Below are positions 25,098 through 37,404 of a stretch of DNA of 64,000 bases, piece after piece. The notes beneath the pieces are model-generated. The model made no database searches and was not told the DNA's origin. It saw only the letters and a list, made by a program, of their open reading frames with translations. Each line of letters opens with the position of its first letter. Positions within the stretch are counted from its first letter, which is position 1. Made by a program: the position numbers and the translations under genes. This DNA is from Squalus acanthias (taxonomy: Eukaryota), in assembly GCA_030390025.1 (NCBI GenBank), contig JASTWF010000036.1, positions 186,001-250,000 of the forward strand, given 5' to 3'.

Positions 25098-26651
25098 CCT
25101 TGGTTAGACCACACTGGGAGCACTGTGCACAGTTCTGGTCTCCATATACCTTGGTTAGACCACACTTGGAGCACCGTGCACAGTTCTGGTCTCCATATAC
25201 CCTTGGTGAGACCACACTTGGAGCACCGTGCACAGTTCTGGTCTCCATATACCCTTGGTGAGACCTCACTTGGAGCACCGTGCACAGTTCTGGTCTCCGT
25301 ATACCTTGGTTAGACCACACTTGGAGCACCGTGCACAGTTCTGGTCTCCATATACCTTGGTTAGACCACACTGGGAGCACAGTTCTGGTCTCCATATACC
25401 TTGGTTAGACCACACTTGGAGCACTGTGCACAGTTCTGGTCTCCGTATACCTTGGTTAGACCACACTTGGAGCACCGTGCACAGTTCTGGTCTCCGTATA
25501 CCTTGGTTAGACCACACTGGGAGCACCGTGCACAGTTCTGGTCTCCATATACCTTGGTAAGACCACACTGGGAGCACAGTTCTGGTCTCCGTATACCTTG
25601 GTTAGACCACACTTGGAGCACCGTGCACAGTTCTGGTCTCCGTATACCTTGGTTAGACCACACTTGGAGCACTGTGCACAGTTCTGGTCTCCGTATACCT
25701 TGGTTGGACCACACTTGGAGCACTGTGCACAGTTCTGGTCTCCGTATACCTTGGTTAGACCACACTTGGAGCACCGTGCACAGTTCTGGTCTCCGTATAC
25801 ATTGGTTAGACCACACTTGGAGCACTGTGCACAGTTCTGGTCTCCGTATACCTTGGTTAGACCACACTTGGAGCACTGTGCACAGTTCTGGTCTCCGTAT
25901 ACCTTGGTTAGACCACACTGGGAGCACCGTGCACAGTTCTGGTCTCCGTATACCTTGGTTAGACCACACTTGGAGCACTGTGCACAGTTCTGGTCTCCGT
26001 ATACCTTGGTTAGACCACACTGGGAGCACCGTGCACAGTTCTGGTCTCCGTATACCTTGGTTAGACCACACTTGGAGCACCGTGCACAGTTCTGGTCTCC
26101 GTATACCTTGGTTAGACCACACTTGGAGCACTGTGCACAGTTCTGGTCTCCGTATAGCCTGGTTAGACCACACTTGGAGCACCGTGCACAGTTCTGGTCT
26201 CCGTATACCTTGGTTAGACCACACTTGGAGCACTGTGCACAGTTCTAGTCTCCGTATACCTTGGTTAGACCACACTTGGAGCACTGCGCACAGTTCTAGT
26301 CTCCGTATACCTTGGTTAGACCGCACTGGGAGCACCGTGCACAGTTCTGGTCTCCGTATACCTTGGTTAGACCACACTTGGAGCACTGTGCACAGTTCTG
26401 GTCTCCATATACCTTGGTTAGACCACACTTGGAGCACTGCGCACAGTTCTAGTCTCCGTATACCTTGGTTAGACCACACTTGGAGCACTGTGCACAGTTC
26501 TAGTCTCCGTATACCTTGGTTAGACCACACTTGGAGCACTGCGCACAGTTCTAGTCTCCGTATACCTTGGTTAGACCACACTGGGAGCACTGTGCACAGT
26601 TCTGGTCTCCGTATACCTTGGTTAGACCACACTGGGAGCACAGTTCTGGTC
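25098..26651 (+). repeat. 51-bp CR1-derived minisatellite (~30 units) inside a CR1 fragment
   Basis: Unit ccttggttagaccacacttggagcactgtgcacagttctggtctccgtata. Confidence 0.95.
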
Positions 26652-26789
26652 TACTTATTACAAAAAAGGATACAGAGCCACTTGAGAAAGTGCAGAAAAA
26701 AGATTTACAAGGATGATACCAGAAATGAGAGGTTATAACCATCAGGAAAGACTGAAGAGGCTGGGGGCTCTTTTCTCGAGAAAAGAGAA

Positions 26790-29700
26790 ACATAGAAAAT
26801 AGGTGCAGGAGTAGACCATTCCGTCCTTCGAGCCTGCACCGCCATTCAATGCGTTCATGGCTGAACATGCTACCTCAGTACCCCATTCCTGCTTTCTCGC
26901 CATACCCCTTGATCCCCCTAGTTGTGAGTATTATATCTAACTCCCTTTTGAATATATTTAGCGAACTGGCCTCAACAACCTTCTGTGGTAGAGAATTCCA
27001 CAGATTCACCACTCTCTGGGTGAAGAAGTTCCTCCTCATCTCAGTCTTAAATGGCTTCCCCTTAATCCTTAGACTGTGACCCCTGGTTTTAGTTTTCCCT
27101 AACACTGGAAACATTCTGCCCGCATCTAATTTGTCTAAACCAGTCAGGATTTTAAACGTCTCTATAAGATCCCCCCTCATTCTTCTGAACTCCAGAGGAT
27201 ACAAGTTCAGTTGATCCAGTCTTTCTTGATATGTCAGTCTGGACATCCCAGGAATCAATCTAGTAAACCTTCGTTGCACTCCCTCAATAGCAAGAATGTC
27301 CTTCCTCAAGTTAGGAGACCAAAACTGCACACAATACTCCAGGTGTGGCCTCACCAAGGCCCTGTACAACTGTAGCATCACCTCCCTACTCCTGTACTCA
27401 AATCCCCTTGCTATGAAGGCCATCATGCCATTTGCTTTCTTGACTGCCTGCTGCACTTGCCTTCCCACCTTCAGTGACTGATGTACCATGACGCCCAGGT
27501 CTCGTTGCACCTCCCCTTTCCCTAATCTGCCACCATTCAGGTAATAGTCTGCCTCCCTATTTTTACCACCAAAGTGGATAACCTCACATTTATCCACATT
27601 GTACTTCATCTGCCATACATTTGCCCATTCACCCAACCTGTCCAAGTCACTCTGTAGCCTCCTAGCATCCTCCTCATTGTTCACACTGCCTCCCAATTTA
27701 GTGTCATCCGCAAATTTGGAGATATTACAATTAATCCCTTCGTCCAAATCATAATGTAAACAGCTGGGGCCCCAGCACCGAACCCTGCGGTACCCCTGCT
27801 GGTCACTGCCTGCCATTCTGAAAAGTACCCATTTACTCCTACTCTTTGTTTCCTGTGTGCCAACCAGTTCTCAATCCACGTCAACACATTACCCCCAATC
27901 CCATGTGCTTTAACTTTGCACACCAATCTCTTGTGTGGGACCTTGTCGAAGGCCTTCTGAAAGTCCAAATACACCACATCTACTGGTTCCCCCCCGTCCA
28001 CCCTATTGGAAACATCCTCAAAAAATTCCAGAAGATTTGTCAAGCATGATTTCCCTATCACAAATCCAAGCTGACTTGGACCTATCATGTCGCCACTTTC
28101 CAAATGGTCTGTTATGACATCTTTAATAATTGATTCCATCATTTTACCCACCACCGATGTCAGGCTGACCGGTCTATAATTCCCTGCTTTCTCCCTCCCT
28201 CCTTTTTTTTTAAAAGAGGGGTTACATTGGCCACCCTCCACTCCTTCGGAACTGATCCAGAGTCTAAGGAATGTTGGAAAATGATCGTCAATGCATCCAC
28301 TATTTCTAAGGCCACCTCCTTAAGTACTCTGGGATGCAGACCATCAGGCCCTGGGGATTTATCAGCCTTCAGTCCCATCAATTTCCCCAACACCTTTTCC
28401 CGACTGATAAGGATTTCCCTCAGCTCCTCCCTCTTACCAGATCCTTTGATCTCTTTTATTTCCGGAAGGTTGTTTGTGTCCTCCACAGTAAACACCGAAC
28501 CAAAGTACTTGTTCAATTGATCTGCCATTTCTTTGTTCCCCATTATGACTTCCCCTGTTTCTGACTGCAGGGGACCTACGTTTGTTTTTACTAACCTCTT
28601 TCTTTTTACATATTTATAGAAGCTTTTGCAGTCCGTTTTAATGTTCTCCGCAAGCTTCCTTTCATATTTTATTTTCCCTGCCCTAATCAAACCCTTCGTC
28701 CTCCTCTGCTGAGTTTTAAAGTTCTCCCAGTCCCCGGGTTTGCTGCTACTTCTGGCCAATTTGTATACCACTTCCTTGCTTTTAATACTATCCCTGATTT
28801 CCCTTGTTAGCCATGGTTGAGCCACCTTCCCTTTTTTATTTTTACGCCAGACAGGGATGTACAATTGCTGTAGTTCATCCATGCGATCTCTAAATGTCTG
28901 CCATTGCCCTTCCACTGATAACCCCTTAAATATCGCTTGCCAATCTAACCTCACCAATTCACGCCTCATACCCTCAAAGTTGCCCTTATTTAAGTTCTGG
29001 ACCATGGTCTCTGAATTAACTGTTTCCTTCTCCATCCTAATGTAGAACTCCACCATACTATGGTCACTCTTCCCCAAGGGGCCTCGCACCACAAGATTGC
29101 TGATTAGTCCTTCCTCATTACACAACACCCAGTCCAGGATGGCCTCCCCTCTAGTTGGATCCTCAACATATTGGTTTAGGAAACCATCCCTTAAACACTC
29201 CAGGAAATCCTCCTCCACCGTATTGCTTCCAGTTTGAGTAGCCCAATCTATATGCATATTAAAGTCACCCATGATAACTGCTGCGCCTTTTTTGCATGCA
29301 CCTCTGATTTCCTGTTTCATACCCTCCCCCACCTCACGACTACTGTTTGGAGGTCTGTACACAACCCCCACTAACGTTTTCTGCCCTTTGGTGTTCTGCA
29401 GCTCAACCCATATTGATTCCACATCCTCCAAGCTAATGTCCTTCCTAGCTATTGCATTAATCTCCTTTTTAACCCCCTTTTCCTTTTATTCTATCCTTCC
29501 TGAATGTTGAGTACCCCAGGATATTCAGTTCCCAGCCTTGATTGTTCTGGAGCCACGTCTCTGTAATCCCAATCACATCATATCCATTAACATCAATTTG
29601 CACAGTCAATTCATCCACCTTATTACGGATACTCCTTGCATTAAGACACAGAGCCTTTAGGCTTGTTTTATTAACACCCTTTGTCCTTTTAGACTTATGA

Positions 29701-31179
29701 TTTAGTATGGCCCTTTGTGTTTCTTGCCTTTGTTTACTCGGATTTCCCTTATTGTTTCTCACCCTTCTAACATTTGTTTCTGACTGCATATTACATTCCC
29801 CTGCCATATTAGTTTAAATCCTCCCGAACTGCCTTAGCAAATATTACCCTGAGGACATCGGTTCCAGTCCTGCCCAAGTGCAGACCGTCCCTTTTGTACA
29901 GGTCCCACTTCCCCCAGAACTGGTTCCAATGCCTCAGGTATTTGAATCTCTCCCTCCTGCACCACTGCTCAAGCCACGTATTTAATCTCGCTATCCTGTT
30001 CATGCTACTCTGATTAGCACGTGGCACTGGTAGCAACCCAGAGATTACTACCTTTGAGGTCCTACTTTTCAATTTAGCTCCTAGCTCCCTAAATTCTGCT
30101 TGTAGGACCTCTTCCTGCTTTTTACCTATATCGTTGGTACCTACATGCACCACGACAGCTGGCTCTTCACCCTCCCTTTCCAGAATGTTCTGCAGCCGCT
30201 CCGAGACATCCTTGACCCTTGCACCAGGGAGGCAACATACCATCCTGGAATCTCGGTTGCGGCCACAGAAACTCCTGTCTATTCCCCTTACAATTGAGTC
30301 CCATATCACTATAGCTCTACCACTCTTTTTCCCGCCCTGCTGTGCAGCAGAGCCAGCCATGGTGCCATGAACCTGGCTGCTGGTGCCTTCCCCTGGTAGG
30401 TCATTTCCCCCAACAGTATCCAAAACGGTATATCTGTTTTGGAGGGAGACGACCGCAGGGGACTCCTGCACTACCTTCCTGATATTGCCCTGCCTCTTGG
30501 TCACCCATTTACTGTCTGACCTAGCCTTTACCCGCGGTGTGTTCAACTCACTAAATGAGTAATCCACAAAGTTCTCGGCATCGTGGATGCTCCAGAGTGA
30601 GTCCATCCGCAGCTCCAGTGCCGCCATGCGGTCCGTCAGGAGCTGCAGCTGGACGCACTTCCTGCACACATAGTTGTCAGGGACACTGGAAGTGTCCCTG
30701 ATTTCCCACATAGCACAGGAGGAGCACAACACGGTTCCGAGATTTCCTGCCATGACTTAACCCTTATATTACTTTATTAAGTTAAGTCCCTGAAAACAAA
30801 ATATAAATCGAACCTACCTTTTAAATTCCCTCTTCCCCTAAAGGTTAGAGGAGGTGGGAGACACTACTAGTGTAGTGTCTCGGGTTTAGCAACAGCTCCA
30901 CCTATATACGGGTACCAATGAATTGGCCCCGCCCTCTGACTTTGACCCCTGCTGATTGATTAGAAAACTGGTTTCCACTGCCTGCTGTGCCAATTTACTG
31001 CTACTGCAGTGTAACCTTGTTTTACTCTTCTTAAACCAACAGAATCCCAAATAGTTAACTTCTCCCCTTCACTGAAACTGCTTGAGTACTCTTATCAAGA
31101 ATGATTTAAAGAGAACTAACAATTAAAGAACTACTCCCACTTACCCAAACTCACAGCACTCTCTGCTGACTTGCACTCC
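26790..31179 (-). mobile_element. Near full-length CR1 LINE (5'UTR, ORF1, frameshifted ORF2) inserted in another CR1
   Basis: ORF2 pieces 29469-29807, 28160-29431, 27681-28241 and 26875-27816 carry APE and RT motifs; host reads aaagagaa|ggctgaggggtgacc across the insertion. Confidence 0.92.
29809..30753 (-). CDS. CR1 ORF1: Zn-finger/leucine zipper + SGNH esterase
   Basis: CSSC...CRKC; IVIWDSIVRG (GDS motif altered to WDS), HVGTNDI, DGLH. Confidence 0.88.
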   Translation of the reverse strand: MAGNLGTVLCSSCAMWEIRDTSSVPDNYVCRKCVQLQLLTDRMAALELRMDSLWSIHDAENFVDYSFSELNTPRVKARSDSKWVTKRQGNIRKVVQESPAVVSLQNRYTVLDTVGGNDLPGEGTSSQVHGTMAGSAAQQGGKKSGRAIVIWDSIVRGIDRSFCGRNRDSRMVCCLPGARVKDVSERLQNILEREGEEPAVVVHVGTNDIGKKQEEVLQAEFRELGAKLKSRTSKVVISGLLPVPRANQSSMNRIARLNTWLEQWCRRERFKYLRHWNQFWGKWDLYKRDGLHLGRTGTDVLRVIFAKAVREDLN

Positions 31180-31714
31180 AGGCTGAGGGGTGACCTGATA
31201 GAGGTCTTTAAAATTATGAAGGGGGGTTCGATAGGGTAGACGTAGAGAAGATGTTTCCACTTGTGGGGAGACCAGAACTAGGGGCCATCGATATAAGACA
31301 GTCACTAATAAATCCAATAGGGAATTCAGGAGAAACTTCTTTACCCCAGAGAGTGGTGAGAATGTGGAACTCGCTACCACAGGGAGTGGTTGAGGCGAAT
31401 AGCACAGATGCATTTAAGGGGGAAGCTGGATAAGCACACGAGGGTAGAAAGGAATAGAAGGATATGGTGATAGGATGAGATGCAGTAGGTGTGGGAGGAG
31501 GTTCGTGTGGAGCATAAACACCGGCACGGACACGTTGGGCCGAAAAGCTGCGGTGTAAAATTCGATGCACCTTTCGAGATGGCATTCAGCTGTACGAGAA
31601 GGTCCATCACACCTTCTCGGGGGAACTGTGGAGGGGGGGCAATGAAGGCAGCCTTGCCGATATCGGGGAGAAATATATATATGAAGCGGCCATTAGGGTG
31701 AATGCTAGACTTAC

Positions 31715-31886
31715 TTGCACACCACACTGCCGCTGCTCTTGACGCTGCAAGGGCCGCCTTTGCAGCGATCGCACTTGTCCGTCTCACACCGGCTTCCCTC
31801 GTACTTTGCCGTGCACACGCACTCCTTGACGTTGTCCTCGGTCAATCGGCACTTTCCGGCGTTCAGGCAGTAATCGTCGCACCGAC
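31715..31886 (-). CDS. LRP1: LRP1 EGF exon (RCDDYCLNAGKC...SVVC)
   Basis: ccag|...|gtaagt; phases 1/2. Confidence 0.95.
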
Positions 31887-32004
31887 CTGGAACCGGCAGA
31901 GGGAGGAATCGGCGGAGGGAATCAGACAAGAGACAAAACGGCGCAAGCAGCAACCGACAAAATGACGCAGCCGGGGTTATCGTAGAATCACACGGCGCAG
32001 GAGG

Positions 32005-32560
32005 AGGGGGCAGTACTGAGGGAGCGCCGCACTGTCGGAGGGGCGGTACTGAGGGAGCGCCGCACTGTCGGAGGGGCGGTACTGAGGGAGCGCCGCACTG
32101 TCAGAGGGGCGGTACTGAGGGAGCGCCGCACTGTCGGAGGGGCAGTACTGAGGGAGCGCCGCACTGTCGGAGGGGCAGTACTGAGGGAGCGCCGCACTGT
32201 CGGAGGGGCAGTACTGAGGGAGCGCCGCACTGTCGGAGGGGCAGTACTGAGGGAGCGCCGCACTGTCGGAGGGGCAGTACTGAGGGAGCGCCGCACTGTC
32301 GGAGGGGCGGTACTGAGGGAGCGCCGCACTGTCGGAGGGGCAGTACTGAGGGAGCGCCGCACTGTCGGAGGGGCAGTACTGAGGGAGCGCCGCACTGTCG
32401 GAGGGGCGGTACTGAGGGAGCGCCGCACTGTCGGAGGGGCAGTACTGAGGGAGCGCTGCTGCGTTTCCTACATTACAACAGTGACGACACTGGAAAAAGT
32501 ACTTCATTGGCTGTGAAGCGCTTTGGGAGGTCCCGAAAGGCACTGGGGAAATGCGAGACT
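32005..32560 (+). repeat. 33-bp SINE-derived array followed by SINE tail
   Basis: ~14 units of tactgagggagcgccgcactgtcggaggggcag. Confidence 0.88.
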
Positions 32561-33344
32561 CTCTTTCAATTTCCCTATCTGCAGTCCTCTCATCTCGCAG
32601 GTGCCTGAAGGAAGGAAGATTCCTTTCGCGAGAGGTTTTAATATCACGTTTCGTGTCAGCGTTAAGTTCATTAGCGGACACACTTTGGGGGCACGGGTTT
32701 TACCGCTCGCTACTGCACACACACATCGCAAGATGGAAATGTCAAACCTCCTGCGGGATGAATTATAGCGTTGAAATGTTTCGTTAACTCTGTGATTACT
32801 CAGTCATTACGACTCCCCACAAGGGATTGCAGCATGCTTATCAGCCCAGTCTGCAACATCTTCCTCTATAACGCTTCGTAAAGCCATTAAAATTCGGCAT
32901 CAGTTTTTTTCACAGCTTGCTCCGAGCAAATCTGATTACTAGATAGCCGAGCCGTGGCATTCTCTGTCTGCCGTGGCTGAGTGGGCAGCACTCTCTCTCT
33001 CTCTCTCTCGCCTTGGAGTCAGAAGGTTGTGGTTCGAGTCCCCACTCCAGAAACCTGGGCACAAAACCTCGGCCGACACTCCATTGACTTAAATTTACCC
33101 CGGTGTCTTTGACCACCTCAGGACGTCCCAAAGCGCTTCACAGCCAATGAAGTATTTTTCTGAAGCGTAGTCGCTGTTGTAATGTAGGAATCGAGGCAGG
33201 GAAAACGCCCCATCTCCTCTTCCCATCGTGGCTGCCATTTACATCCACCCGGGGGGGCAGACAGGACCTCGGTTTAATGTCTCATCTGAAAGACGACGCG
33301 CGCGCGCACGCACAGTGACAACGACAGCCACGCACGCAGCCAGA

Positions 33345-33972
33345 GAGAGATACACAGATACAGACACACAGACAGAGACAGACACACAGACAGAGACAGA
33401 CAGAGACAGACACACAGACAGAGAGAGAGACAGAGAGAGACAGAGAGAGACAGAGAGAGACACAGAGAGAGACACAGAGAGAGACACAGAGAGAGACACA
33501 GAGAGAGACACAGAGAGAGACACAGAGAGAGACACAGACAGAGACACAGACAGAGACACAGACAGAGACACAGACAGAGACACAGACAGAGACACAGACA
33601 GAGACAGACAGAGACAGACAGAGACAGATAGACAGAGACAGATAGACAGAGACAGACAGAGACAGACAGAGAGACAGAGACAGACAGAGACACAGAGACA
33701 GACAGAGAGACAGACACAGACAGAGAGACAGACACAGACAGAGAGACAGACACAGACAGAGAGACAGACACAGACAGAGAGACAGACACAGACAGAGAGA
33801 CAGACACAGACAGAGAGACAGACACAGACAGAGAGACAGACACAGACAGAGAGACAGACACAGACAGAGAGACAGACACAGACAGAGAGACAGACACAGA
33901 CAGAGAGACAGACACAGACAGAGAGACACAGAGACACAAGCACGCAGACAGAGAGAGACACACACACACACA
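33345..33972. repeat. Compound AGAC/AGAG/ACAC microsatellite
   Basis: Directly visible; almost T-free on the plus strand. Confidence 0.95.
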
Positions 33973-33995
33973 GATTGATAAGTGGTTTTACGTAC

Positions 33996-34157
33996 GGTAT
34001 TGACACCTCTCGCCATCAATGCCGGCAGGGCAGCGGCAGTTCGGCTGATTGCCAGAGTTCACGGTGCACGGAGCGCTGTTTTTGCAGTAACCATCGCATA
34101 CTTTCTTCCGGCAGTTGGGCCCCGTGAATCCGTTCGGACATCGACAAGTTGGCATTC
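33996..34157 (-). CDS. LRP1: LRP1 EGF exon ([15 protein letters not shown]...CQY)
   Basis: ttag|...|gtacgt; phases 1/1. Confidence 0.96.
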
Positions 34158-34374
34158 CTAACAGAGGAAACACCGAGCCGGTAACTATGGCTAGCAATCA
34201 ACCCAGGCCTTTCAAACTGAGGCTGCGTTAACCGCACTGAGCTGCAAATTCAGTTCCCCCACCTCCTCCACTCAATTGTCCCTCCCCCCCCACCCCACCA
34301 TCTCTTCTGAAGGTGTCAATTGTTGGGTAACAGTTTCAACATGTGTTACCAAACCAACATGAACTCTGCTGATA

Positions 34375-34735
34375 GTGTGTGTGTGTGTGAGTGAGTGTGC
34401 GCGCGCGAGAGTGAGCGCAAGAGACAGTGAGAGTGCGCGTGTGCGCGCGAGAGTATGAAGAGCGTGTGAGAGCATGCGCGGGAGAGTGTCCGTGCGTGTG
34501 CGAGGACGAGTGAGCGCGAGAGTATGAGAGTGTGTGCGTGAGAGAGTGCGAGTGTGTGCGCGAGAGTGCGGAGAGTGTGCGTGCGTGCGTGCGCGAGTGT
34601 GCGCACGAGAGAGTGCGTGAAGAGTGTGTGTGTGTGCGTGAGAGTGTGCACGTGCGCACGCGAGTTTGCAAGAGAGTGCGATGAGTGCGAGAGTGGGAAG
34701 AGTGTGTGTGTGCGCGAGAGAGTGTGAGCGTGAGT
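34375..34735. repeat. GT/GC/GA low-complexity tract
   Basis: Mixed dinucleotide repeats. Confidence 0.85.
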
Positions 34736-34773
34736 AAGACAAGTATGATTCTATGATAAGTAGAAGAGCAGAC

Positions 34774-34947
34774 CTGATGGAGAAGCTGTGCAGGTCCCTC
34801 CGTTCTGGCAGTAGTCCCTGCACTGGTCTGTTTCACACTTCTCTCCCGTATAGCGTGGCTGACACTTGCACTTTGCCTGGCTCCGCTCGTTCAGGAAGCA
34901 ACTGCCTCCGTTCAGGCACTGCAACGTACACGTACTGACAGTAGGCG
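34774..34947 (-). CDS. LRP1: LRP1 EGF exon ([26 protein letters not shown]...TASPS)
   Basis: gcag|...|gtctgc; matches [14 protein letters not shown]; phases 1/1. Confidence 0.95.
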
Positions 34948-34991
34948 CTGCAAGATGGGGGGAAAAAAATAGGTCAGTTCGGAACAGTCTG

Positions 34992-37350
34992 GTAACCTCC
35001 TCCAGCCCCTACAACCCTATCTCTGTAACCTCCTCCAGCCCCCCTACAACCCTCCCTATCTCTGTAACCTCCTCCAGCCCCCTACAACCCTCCCTATCTC
35101 TGTAACCTCCTCCAGCCCCTACAACCCTCCCTATCTCTGTAACCTCCTCCAGCCCCCCTACAACCCTCCCTATCTCTGTAACCTCCTCCAGTCCCTACAA
35201 CCCTCCCTATCTCTGTAACCTCCTCCAGTCCCTACAACCCTCCCTATCTCTGTAACCTGCTCCAGCCCCTACAACCCTCCCTATCTCTGTAACCTCCTCC
35301 AGCCCCTACAACCCTCCCTATCTCTGTAACCTCCTCCAGTCCCTACAACCCTCCCTATCTCTGTAACCTCCTCCAGTCCCTACAACCCTCCCTATCTCTG
35401 TAACCTGCTCCAGCCCCCTACAACCCTCCCTATCTCTGTAACCTCCTCCAGCCCCTACAACCCTCCCTATCTCTGTAACCTCCTCCAGCCCCCTACAACC
35501 CTCCCTATCTCTGTAACCTCCTCCAGCTCCTACAACACTCCCTATCTCTGTAACCTCCTCCAGCCCCTACAACCCTCCCTATCTCTGTAACCTCCTCCAG
35601 CCCCTACAACCCTCCCTATCTCTGTAACCTCCTCCAGCCCCTACAACCCTCCCTATCTCTGTAACCTCCTCCAACCCCTACAACCCTCCCTATCTCTGTA
35701 ACCTCCTCCAGCCCCTACAACACTCCCTATCTCTGTAACCTCCTCCAGCCCCCTACAACCCTCCCTATCTCTGTAACCTGCTCCAACCCCCTACAACCCT
35801 CCCTAACTCTGTAACCTCCTCCAGCCCCTACAACCCTCCGAGATCTCTGTAACCTCCTCCAGCCCCCTACAACCCTCCCTATCTCTGTAACCTCCTCCAG
35901 TCCCCTACAACCCTCCCTATCTCTGTAACCTCCTCCAGCCCCTACAACCCTCCCTATCTCTGTAACCTCCTCCAGCCCCCTACAACCCTCCCTATCTCTG
36001 TAACCTCCTCCAGCCCCCTACAACCCTCCCTATCTCTGTAACCTCCTCCAGCCCCTACAACCCTCCCTATCTCTGTAACCTCCTCTAGCCCCCGACAACC
36101 CTCCCTATCTCTGTAACCTCCTCCAGCCCCCTACAACCCTCCCTAACTCTGTAACCTCCTCCAGCCCCCTACAACCCTCCCTATCTCTGTAACCTCCTCC
36201 AGCCCCCTACAACCCTCCCTAACTCTGTAACCTCCTCCAGCCCCCTACAACCCTCCGAGATCTCTGTAACCTCCTCCAGCCCCCTACACCCCTCCCTATC
36301 TCTGTAACCTCCTCCAGTCCCTACAACCCTCCGAGATCTCTGTAACCTCCTCCAGCCCCTACAACCCTCCGAGATCTCTGTAACCTCCTCCAGTCCCTAC
36401 AACCCTCCGAGATCTCTGTAACCTCCTCCAGTTCCTACAACCCTCCGAGATCTCTGTAACCTCCTCCAGCCCCTACAACCCTCCCTATCTCTGTAACCTC
36501 CTCTAGCCCCCGACAACCCTCCCTATCTCTGTAACCTCCTCCAGCCCCCTACAACCCTCCCTAACTCTGTAACCTCCTCCAGCCCCCTACAACCCTCCGA
36601 GATCTCTGTAACCTCCTCCAGCCCCCGACACCCCTCCCTATCTCTGTAACCTCCACCAGCCCCTACAACCCTCCCTATCTCTGTAACCTCCTCCAGCCCC
36701 TACAACCCTCCCTATCTCTGTAACCTCCTCCAGCCCCTACAACCCTCCGAGATCTCTGTAACCTCCTCCAGTCCCTACAACCCTCCCTATCTCTGTAACC
36801 TCCTCCAGCCCCCTACAACCCTCCCTATCTCTGTAACCTCCTCTAGCCCCCGACAACCCTCCCTATCTCTGTAACCTCCTCCAGCCCCTACAACCCTCCG
36901 AGATCTCTGTAACCTCCTCCAGTCCCTACAACCCTCCCTATCTCTGTAACCTCCTCCAGCCCCCTACAACCCTCCCTATCTCTGTAACCTCCTCCAGCCC
37001 CCTACAACCCTCCCTATCTCTGTAACCTCCTCCAGCCCCCTACAACCCTCTGAGATCTCTGCGCTCCTCCAATTCTGGCCTCTTGCGCACCCCCCGTTTC
37101 CATCGCTCCACCATTAGCGGCCGTGCCTTCATCCGCCTGGGCCCTAAGCTCTGGAATTCCCTCCCTAAACCTCTCCGCCTCTCTCTCCCCTCCTTTAAGA
37201 CGCTCCTTAAAACCTAACTCTTCGACCAAGCATTTGGTCACCTGCCCTAATATCTCATGTGGGCTGGGTGTCAAATTGTGTTTGATAATCGCTCCTGTGA
37301 AGCGCCTTGGGAGGTTTTACTATGTTAAAGGCGCTCTATAAATGCGACTT
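34992..37350 (+). repeat. 37-39-bp minisatellite (to ~37050) expanded within an L2 3' fragment
   Basis: Unit tctctgtaacctcctccagcccctacaaccctcccta; continues into an L2 tail homologous to 7140-7240 and 8550-8720. Confidence 0.92.
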
Positions 37351-37404
37351 GTGCTTGTTGATTCCAATCCGGTTTGCGCTGAATCGCACACAACCTGAAA
37401 GCAA

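Noticed and set aside
25098..26651. CRISPR-like appearance of the regular arrays
   Set aside because: Units are contiguous with no unique spacers, derive from CR1, and there are no cas genes; the context is a vertebrate intron.
33228..34836. Long low-complexity ORFs
   Set aside because: Microsatellite translations; only the spliced EGF exons are real.
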